NCBI GenBank assembly: GCA_030765235.1
Contig: JAVCCW010000006.1
Span: 1,789-65,788 of the forward strand
Direction: 5' to 3'
Length of the DNA: 64,000 nucleotides
Source of the DNA: Candidatus Gorgyraea atricola
Lineage (GTDB): Bacteria > Omnitrophota > Gorgyraeia > Gorgyraeales > Gorgyraeaceae
This document shows, piece after piece, positions 57,187 through 64,000 of this stretch. A program made the position numbers and the translations under genes. The notes below the pieces were generated by a model. The model was given only the letters and a program-made list of their open reading frames with translations. It did no database searches and was not told the DNA's origin. Each line of letters starts with the position of its first letter. The first letter of the stretch is position 1.

Positions 57187-58227
57187 ATGAAAAGCGATGT
57201 CTATTTTGTAAGAACAGATAATACAAAAAATAGAGCCTCTTCCCTATTAAAGCTCCTCCAAGCAATAGACCCTTTCTCGTCATACAAAAAGGATGAATTT
57301 ATCCCGGTCAAACTTACAATAGGCGATACTAAATGCGTCTATCATGCGAGCCCCGTATTGGTAAAAACCTTAATAAACCAGATAAAGAACAAAAAGGCAA
57401 AACCATTTTTATTTGATACAAATGTGATCTATCAGGGTTCCAGACTCAATGCAGTTGATCATCTTACTTTGGCGCAAAACAAAGGATTCTCCCATTCCAG
57501 GGTAGGCGCGCCATTTGTAATAGCAGATGGTGTGTTTGGCCAGGATGGGAATGAGTATGACATTGACTCAAAGCATATAAAAAAGATAAAGGTCCCTTCT
57601 TTTATCGGCATGCTGGATAATCTCGTGGTGCTATCGCATGTTACATGTCATATATTAGCAGGATATGCAGGCGCTTTAAAAAATGTCGCCATGGGTATGG
57701 CATGTAAGCCCACAAAACAGGTGCAGCACTCTTCTCTTAAGCCACATATAGTAGAAAAAAAATGTACCTCATGTGGATGCTGCATAGAGATATGCCCTGC
57801 AAAGGCTATCTCTAATAAAAAAAGCCGAGGTCCAGCCTCGGCTTTTTTTATAGATCAGGCGAAGTGCATTGGATGCGGGGAGTGCCTTTGCGTATGTAAA
57901 TTTGATGCCATATTTATAAACTGGGATGAAGATGAAGGTATATTTGCAAAAAGAATGGCTGAGGTAGCTGTATTTATATTATCCAAGTTCAAAAATAGTT
58001 TCTTCATAAACCTTGCCTTTGATATAACAAAGGAATGCGATTGCATATCCACGAAGAACGAAAAGATCATATGTAAAGACATAGGTATTCTTGCCTCAAA
58101 AGACATAATAGCGCTTGAGAAGGCAACTATAGACCTCGTTAATAATAAGAATTCACACAATATAACCCTTGAATACGCGCATAAAAAAGGCCTGGGTAAC
58201 TTAGAATATAATCTCATAAGCTTATGA
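57187..58227 (+). CDS. DUF362 protein with a 2x[4Fe-4S] ferredoxin insert
   Basis: DTN..Y.G.R, IADG..G, GALKN.AMG, two CxxCxxCxxxC, CDC. Confidence 0.85.
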   Translation: MKSDVYFVRTDNTKNRASSLLKLLQAIDPFSSYKKDEFIPVKLTIGDTKCVYHASPVLVKTLINQIKNKKAKPFLFDTNVIYQGSRLNAVDHLTLAQNKGFSHSRVGAPFVIADGVFGQDGNEYDIDSKHIKKIKVPSFIGMLDNLVVLSHVTCHILAGYAGALKNVAMGMACKPTKQVQHSSLKPHIVEKKCTSCGCCIEICPAKAISNKKSRGPASAFFIDQAKCIGCGECLCVCKFDAIFINWDEDEGIFAKRMAEVAVFILSKFKNSFFINLAFDITKECDCISTKNEKIICKDIGILASKDIIALEKATIDLVNNKNSHNITLEYAHKKGLGNLEYNLISL

Positions 58228-58925
58228 GCGTCTTTCAAATATTATTCGGAATAAAAGATTCAGATGTAAGGAATACATGTATATTTCTGCCACTTGTGCA
58301 AAAAAATGTCCTGGAGTGGCTAGATGTAAAGGATATATCAAAAGGTAAGCTCTATAACTCTGGAAACAGCAAAGACTTTACAGTAATACATACTGGCATG
58401 GGCCCTGCACTCTCAGGAGACGCGGTTTTGTATCTTGAGAAAACCAAATGCCAGAACATAATAGTATTTGGCTCCTGCGGCCTGATAAAAGAAGAAAAAG
58501 ATCTGAATATAGGAAGCCTTGTCACACCTGATAAATGTTACTCTATGGAAAGTTTTACTGACATGCTCGCAGGTGAGAAAAAAGAATATGACCTCTCCTA
58601 TCCAGACAAAATACTCCTTGAAAAACTCCCAGAGGTAAAAAAAGTAACCTGTGCCACGCTCGGCTCTTTAAAACTCGAAGAAGGATATAGAGACTCGTTT
58701 GAAGCAAAAGAGATTCAGGTAGTTGATATGGAGGCCAGCGCTGTATTCTCTGCAGCAAGCCACATTGGGAAAAAAGCTGTAGCGCTATTTTATATAACCG
58801 ACATCATAAACAAAAAACCTTTTTATAAAGGCCTAAGCGCTACGGATAGATTAGAGCTTTTCTCCTCGATAAAATCCGCGTCTAACATCCTATGCAATCT
58901 TATAAAAAAGAATCTGCGAGACTAA
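58224..58925 (+). CDS. Nucleoside phosphorylase-family protein (PNP/UDP-like)
   Basis: GMG, FGSCG, VDMEASA, I.D. Confidence 0.78.
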   Translation: MSVFQILFGIKDSDVRNTCIFLPLVQKNVLEWLDVKDISKGKLYNSGNSKDFTVIHTGMGPALSGDAVLYLEKTKCQNIIVFGSCGLIKEEKDLNIGSLVTPDKCYSMESFTDMLAGEKKEYDLSYPDKILLEKLPEVKKVTCATLGSLKLEEGYRDSFEAKEIQVVDMEASAVFSAASHIGKKAVALFYITDIINKKPFYKGLSATDRLELFSSIKSASNILCNLIKKNLRD

Positions 58926-60214
58926 AAAAATCTCAAAACCTCGCTACTGACCTTAAAACAAACAAAAAACAGGAAATAACAAGGCTTCTCTATGAGATAT
59001 CAAAAAGAGAAGATATAGAACCTGATAAGATAGTAAAGAAAATAGCCCCTAAAGACTTTGATCGCGCAAAAAAGGCTCTATTAAAAAGAAGATTTCCTCG
59101 CGCGTATCCGTCCCCATTTAAGGCGCATCTTCCGAAGATAAAACTAGATAATAGCTCGATACAAAATACTGAAAAATTTAAATTCTATCCAAAAAACATA
59201 TTCATAGAAAAATCTGCTAAGGCCTCTACCCTTGCGCATAGATTTAAGAAATCCTTTCCCAAGGCCAAGTCTATAGAGATCAGATCCTTAAAAGATCATC
59301 TTAAAGAAAATAGGGGTCTTACGATCTCTGATTATAATAAGAGAAAAGATAATGTTTTTGTCACTCATGAAAACTATGACTTCTTTAAAAAATGTCCGTG
59401 CACAAAAAAGGCGATCGAATGCGGTTATCATATATTTAACCTGAGCTTCGGGTGCATGTTTGACTGCACTTACTGCTATCTTCAGGAATATACAAATAGC
59501 CCAGGCCTAATATTCCCCGCAAACATTGATAAGTTTTTCAAAAACTTCTCTTCCTATAAAAAATCTGGCATGCGCATAGGTACAGGCGAGTTCTCAGACT
59601 CCCTGATGCTCGACCACATAACAGAATATTCTCTTCCTATAATTGAATTTTTTAAAAACCATAAAGACGTAAGATTTGAGTTTAAGACAAAAAGTGTAAA
59701 TATAGATAATCTTTTAAAGGCAAAACACGCTGGTAATATAGTAGTTGCCTGGTCACTAAACCCGCAGAAAATAATTGACGAGAATGAATTTTTTACGCCT
59801 TCTCTTACAGAACGCCTAAAGGCAGTTAAAAAATGCGTTAAAGCAGGCTACAAGGCGTCTTGTCATTTTGATCCAGTGGTCTATTTTAAAGGCTGGGAAA
59901 AAGAATATAAAAAAGTAATAGATATGCTATTTGATACTATAAAACCAAAGGACATAGCCTGGATAAGCATCGGTACATTAAGATTTAATCCGAATGTAAA
60001 ACCAATAATCGAAGCGCGCTTCCCTGAAAACAAGATTCTCGACGAAGAATTAGTGCTGGGGTTTGATAATAAACTAAGATATCCTTATAGCTTAAGACAA
60101 GAAATCTACGAATCTATGCTGCGCATGCTGCACAAGCATTCCAAAAAACTCCCCATCTATCTCTGCATGGAAAACAGTTCTATGGTGAGACCTTTATTGC
60201 ACGCTCAGGTCTAG
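58892..60214 (+). CDS. Spore photoproduct lyase-like radical SAM protein
   Basis: GCMFDCTYCYLQ, RIGTGEFSDSL, EFKTKS, WSLNP, RL.A, HFDP, K.RY, YLCME. Confidence 0.85.
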   Translation: MQSYKKESARLKKSQNLATDLKTNKKQEITRLLYEISKREDIEPDKIVKKIAPKDFDRAKKALLKRRFPRAYPSPFKAHLPKIKLDNSSIQNTEKFKFYPKNIFIEKSAKASTLAHRFKKSFPKAKSIEIRSLKDHLKENRGLTISDYNKRKDNVFVTHENYDFFKKCPCTKKAIECGYHIFNLSFGCMFDCTYCYLQEYTNSPGLIFPANIDKFFKNFSSYKKSGMRIGTGEFSDSLMLDHITEYSLPIIEFFKNHKDVRFEFKTKSVNIDNLLKAKHAGNIVVAWSLNPQKIIDENEFFTPSLTERLKAVKKCVKAGYKASCHFDPVVYFKGWEKEYKKVIDMLFDTIKPKDIAWISIGTLRFNPNVKPIIEARFPENKILDEELVLGFDNKLRYPYSLRQEIYESMLRMLHKHSKKLPIYLCMENSSMVRPLLHAQV

Positions 60215-61595
60215 CAGGGCATTTGTTCTGGCAAATACCGCAGCCTATACATAAATCTGGATCAACATAGGGTTTTAATACTACGCCTGCTATTATCTTA
60301 ATGGCTTTATTAGGTACGGGGCAGTGTTCTTCGCATACAATGCACTGTGTATCCTTAGACCAGGCAAGGCATTTTGAGCGGTCTACCTTTGCTATGCCAA
60401 GTCTTGTTCTTTTTTTCTCTTCAACGCTTAACTTTGGTATAGCGCCTGTTGGACAGACTCCTCCACAGAGAGTACAGGTGTATTCACAATAGCCGATCTC
60501 TGGCACAAGATGTGGGGTCCACATACCCTGCAGGCCTGATTCAAAAATAGCTGGCTGGAGACCATTAGTCACACAGACCTTCATGCAATTGCCACAGCGT
60601 ATACAGCGATCCAGGAACTCTCCTTCTTTTAATGCAGCAGGCGGCCTGATTACTTTTTGTGCTACTGAGCGCATTTTATTTCTGAATCCCAGAGACAAAA
60701 AAGAGCCAAGCATCAGGAAAATAAATTCTTTCCTGGAGATGCCTTCTTTATTTTTATTAAACTCTGGCGAGTACCATGTAAACCTGGTTCCATGCGTAGG
60801 ACAGTCGTATATACAGTCCATGCAGAGTATGCATTCGCCCTTTACATAGCTTAAATCCTTGTTTATAGCTCCCATCCTGCAGTCTTCTTTGCACCTAAGG
60901 CAATTCGTGCATTTTTCAACCACACGACTCAATGGAGAAAATCTGGCCACTAAAGAATATATTGCGCCCAGAGGACAGATCGCGCGACACCAAAACCTTT
61001 TTGCTATTAACACCGACAAGCATATTAAAACGAAAAATATCAAGATCATGCCTGAATGAGAAAAATAATAGGCGTTGATTCCAAGGATTGAAGATTTTAG
61101 TAAACGATAAAAATCATAGAGAGGTGTATAATAATCTGTCTTTATTATAAAAAATCTAAATATCCTATCAAGGCCGAAACTGACGCCTGGAATGAGATTC
61201 AGGGAGACAAACCTCGCTGTAATCACTATTGGATCAAAGATCCAGGCGATCTGGATCCCAAGAAAGGAAGATACAGTAATTGCCCCTAATATGTAGAATT
61301 TTATAGACCGCGCAGCCTTTTTTTGCAATGCCTTTATTCCGCACAAGTCAATAATCGTACCTAAGGGACAGATCCATCCACAGAAAAACCTGCCAAATAC
61401 CAGAGTCAGCGCCAGCATAATAACCGCAAATATAACGCCTGGCAGAATTATCCGCTCGCTTATAGAAGTAAATATCATTATCAATGGATTTATCTTAAAG
61501 AATGCATCCAGATGTGTCGCGGACCAAAGGATGTATATGAATAATGCGAGAAATAAAAATTGAGAAGATCTTCTAAGAATGACTAATTTTTTCAT
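60180..61595 (-). CDS. Membrane polyferredoxin (NapH/MauN-like fused to MauM-like)
   Basis: GRFFCGWICPLG, RFWC.AICPLG, RPP, several CxxCxxC motifs. Confidence 0.88.
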   Translation of the reverse strand: MKKLVILRRSSQFLFLALFIYILWSATHLDAFFKINPLIMIFTSISERIILPGVIFAVIMLALTLVFGRFFCGWICPLGTIIDLCGIKALQKKAARSIKFYILGAITVSSFLGIQIAWIFDPIVITARFVSLNLIPGVSFGLDRIFRFFIIKTDYYTPLYDFYRLLKSSILGINAYYFSHSGMILIFFVLICLSVLIAKRFWCRAICPLGAIYSLVARFSPLSRVVEKCTNCLRCKEDCRMGAINKDLSYVKGECILCMDCIYDCPTHGTRFTWYSPEFNKNKEGISRKEFIFLMLGSFLSLGFRNKMRSVAQKVIRPPAALKEGEFLDRCIRCGNCMKVCVTNGLQPAIFESGLQGMWTPHLVPEIGYCEYTCTLCGGVCPTGAIPKLSVEEKKRTRLGIAKVDRSKCLAWSKDTQCIVCEEHCPVPNKAIKIIAGVVLKPYVDPDLCIGCGICQNKCPARPERAIKVSP

Positions 61596-62551
61596 GTTTC
61601 TAATTTTAATATGTCTGCCTTGCTGGTATCGAATTTTCCGAAACCGCGATTTTTTGCTTCTTTGATATAATTAACTGATAGCGGGTCACGGCCCACCAGC
61701 TCTGCCGCGTAAGTATCAGCCAGGGTCGGATCTGTACCAACTATTAATGTCTTATAATCTTCCACGTCTTTAAGATTTCCGCCCCTTGGCCCATTCCTGA
61801 TGAGCACCCTATAGGCATCTATTACTGTTAAATCTGGCTTTATAAAATCAGTAAGATCCACGAGCTTAACCCCTATGTTATTATGCATCACAGCCCTATC
61901 TCCACCGCATACGCCCATGAGATTTTTCATTGAAAGAGTCAGGCCTGTAAGGGCATGGTCTTTTAGAATAGGCACATTTATAAAAGTATCGCACTCCAGC
62001 GCATCTCTATAAATCGGCCACGCTTCCATAGGGCTTTTATAAGAAAAATGCGCCTTTATGTAATTCCACTCGTCAATAAAATAGACATTTGCGCCTTTAT
62101 CTCTTGCTGCAGCAGCTATGCCGCTATTCTCATAGCAGAGCTTTGACTCATTGCATGATCTCTCAAATACATTGACCCTTTTCGCGCCTGCTTTAAAAGA
62201 GAGTTCCGTGAGCGCAGCAACCACCATTGGATTCGTGTTGCCTGCATACTCAGGGCTCCTATCCCATGCCATATTTGGCTTGATAACAACCTTATCTCCC
62301 CTTTTAACAAACCTCTCCATTCCGCCAATGGCCTCAACAGCCTTAACAGTCATTAAATAAGGGTCTTCTCCCTTTGCAACAACAAGATCATGATCAGTCA
62401 CGATCTTTTTTCCTATCCTGGCATTTTCACCCCTGGCCATTTTTGGAAAAATACCGCTGAACAGGACAGTGCCCATTCCAGCCAAGCACAGTTTCATAAA
62501 TTGCTTGCGGGATATCTTCTTTTTAATTAAAGACATAAATAGCTTTTCCAT
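61592..62551 (-). CDS. DUF362 protein with a Tat-like leader
   Basis: SRKQFMK leader, IKPNMAWDR, TNP.VV, K.H..T.LTL.MKNLMG. Confidence 0.85.
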   Translation of the reverse strand: MEKLFMSLIKKKISRKQFMKLCLAGMGTVLFSGIFPKMARGENARIGKKIVTDHDLVVAKGEDPYLMTVKAVEAIGGMERFVKRGDKVVIKPNMAWDRSPEYAGNTNPMVVAALTELSFKAGAKRVNVFERSCNESKLCYENSGIAAAARDKGANVYFIDEWNYIKAHFSYKSPMEAWPIYRDALECDTFINVPILKDHALTGLTLSMKNLMGVCGGDRAVMHNNIGVKLVDLTDFIKPDLTVIDAYRVLIRNGPRGGNLKDVEDYKTLIVGTDPTLADTYAAELVGRDPLSVNYIKEAKNRGFGKFDTSKADILKLET

Positions 62552-62552
62552 G

Positions 62553-63266
62553 TTATTTCCTCTTTTGTAATATCAATTTATTGTTCAGTGTGTCTATCTG
62601 AAAATTAAATTTATTCAAAAAAGACATGCCAAGTAATCCATCCTCTATGTCTCCCTCGGCATCCAGCAAAACCACTGCTCCTACATCCTTGACCTCGGAA
62701 TCCTCGACGCGCACGCTGTCCAGAACTACATGCCGCGCTTCTATCTTGCGGCCATCAGCAAGCTGTACATCAACCTTATCTTTCTCAGCCACATTATCCC
62801 TAATTCCTAGCTCTCTTGCTATTCGATCTGACAATACAACAGTAGTCGCGCCGGTATCCAATAAAAGCGATGCCCTGGTCTCATTATTTATAAGCGTATC
62901 TACAATTATACGCTGGCTATCTTTAGAAAAACTTACCTCTTTTGGCTCAAGCTCTTCTCTGCGCCGCGTTTCTTCTAATTCTCGTTCTCTCTCTAATCTC
63001 TTCGTTTCCTCTACCTCTTTTTGCTTCTTCCATCCATTATGTATAGAATTGACTTCTTCAGGAGTTGAGCGGTCTATTCTATCTATCTCTGTCTTTCTAA
63101 ATTTTACAGTCCCAAATCCAACATCCAGTTCAACTGAACTTTCAGTCTCTTTTTTTACCAACCCTTCTATGCTGCGGCCATTTTTAAGGTATATGGTGTC
63201 AGCAAGAGACTCTGAAACAAGGCCAAAAAGTAAAAAGGAAATAGATATTAAGATCTTAGGATTCAT
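62553..63266 (-). CDS. Exported retropepsin-like aspartyl protease
   Basis: Signal peptide, D.IYLKNG..IEG, LLDTGAT, GLLGMSFL. Confidence 0.88.
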   Translation of the reverse strand: MNPKILISISFLLFGLVSESLADTIYLKNGRSIEGLVKKETESSVELDVGFGTVKFRKTEIDRIDRSTPEEVNSIHNGWKKQKEVEETKRLERERELEETRRREELEPKEVSFSKDSQRIIVDTLINNETRASLLLDTGATTVVLSDRIARELGIRDNVAEKDKVDVQLADGRKIEARHVVLDSVRVEDSEVKDVGAVVLLDAEGDIEDGLLGMSFLNKFNFQIDTLNNKLILQKRK

Positions 63267-63363
63267 ATGTCTATAAATAGAATATCACGAAGCATTGAAT
63301 TAGCAAGTTGATTTTCATTTCCCAGCATGATAACATAGTAGATATGAAAAATGGAGGTCTATA

Positions 63364-63858
63364 ATGGAATTCTTTGAAGTAATAAAACAAAGAAAAAGCA
63401 TAAGGGAGTTTTCTGAAAAAGTTGTTGAGAAAGAGCTACTCGAGAAGATAATCGATGCAGGTCGAGTCGCAGCCACAGCAAGGAATGAACAGCCATGGGA
63501 ATTCGTGATCAGTTCTGATAAAAATATACTCGATAAAATCTGCAGCATGTGTCCGAATGGCCCTTTTATTAAGGACGCACCGCATCTAATAGCAATATTC
63601 TCGAAAGAGACAAAATACTATCTTGAAGACTGTTCCGCTGCCACGCAAAATATGCTCCTGGCAATAGAAGCGCTTGGCCTTGGTGGATGCTGGGTCGCAG
63701 GAGATAAAAAAGATTATATAGAAGAAATAAGAAAAATCTTTAATATGCCTGAGGGCTATAAGCTGGTAAGTATGATATCCGTCGGATATCCAAAAACCCC
63801 TAAGGGCCCAAAAGCAAAAAGAAGCACAAAAGAAGTTTTGCATTGGGAGAAATGGTAA
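63364..63858 (+). CDS. Nitroreductase-family protein
   Basis: RKSIR.F, A.TA.N.QPW.F, QNMLLA..ALGLG.CW, VGYP. Confidence 0.92.
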   Translation: MEFFEVIKQRKSIREFSEKVVEKELLEKIIDAGRVAATARNEQPWEFVISSDKNILDKICSMCPNGPFIKDAPHLIAIFSKETKYYLEDCSAATQNMLLAIEALGLGGCWVAGDKKDYIEEIRKIFNMPEGYKLVSMISVGYPKTPKGPKAKRSTKEVLHWEKW

Positions 63859-63859
63859 G

Positions 63860-64000
63860 ATGACGGATAATCCATTGTGGAAATTCTTGGATGATACAGG
63901 TACGTTTGTTGCGAAAAATCCGCACAAGGTAAGCAGGCTTTATTTTCCGCTTGCCAATGAAAAAGGCCTGCTCTCTTCTATTACGCCTACGCTTCATGGC
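63860..64000 (+). CDS. GH94 laminaribiose phosphorylase-like protein (N-terminus only)
   Basis: Hand translation MTDNPLWKFLDDTGTFVAKNPHKVSRLYFPLANEKGLLSSITPTLHG; W.F....G.F...P....LYFPL.NE.G..S..TP.LHG resembles the recalled laminaribiose phosphorylase N-terminus. Confidence 0.7.
   Translation, partial: MTDNPLWKFLDDTGTFVAKNPHKVSRLYFPLANEKGLLSSITPTLHG

Overview
A 64-kb, AT-rich bacterial chromosomal segment, almost entirely minus-strand, from an anaerobe (gene style suggests Omnitrophota/PVC; inference only). In order it holds: a partial GH161-like beta-1,3-glucan phosphorylase missed by the ORF track; an Rrf2-led nitrosative/oxidative stress operon (hcp, flavin reductase-rubredoxin, fprA, rbr, Isf, glutaredoxin, ogg); tatC and an ArsEFG-like trio; a TPP-riboswitch thiM-thiE-thi4 operon; a CsoR-CusCBA efflux system; a two-component pair; a compact APS reductase/siroheme/half-size sulfite reductase operon; feoAB; a SOR/TrxR/nth/radical SAM cluster; an AbrB-RelE toxin-antitoxin pair beside a 1026-aa exported multidomain protein; DHS-agmatinase genes downstream of a radical SAM-GME-fold fusion; fba and pyk; HD-GYP, DUF362 and SplB-like genes; and the start of a laminaribiose phosphorylase-like gene. 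The most unusual signal is a family of short asymmetric palindromic elements (CCCCGT...ATGGGG). Copies sit in-frame inside protein genes at 7-bp tandem repeats, inside the TPP riboswitch, and nested in another repeat. Also notable are 26-bp GTAG-type REP palindromes, an unannotated 25-aa Cys-rich ORF, probable leaderless promoters and several truncated core enzymes. No CRISPR array, rRNA, tRNA or transposase was seen. All calls come from motif recognition, without database searches.
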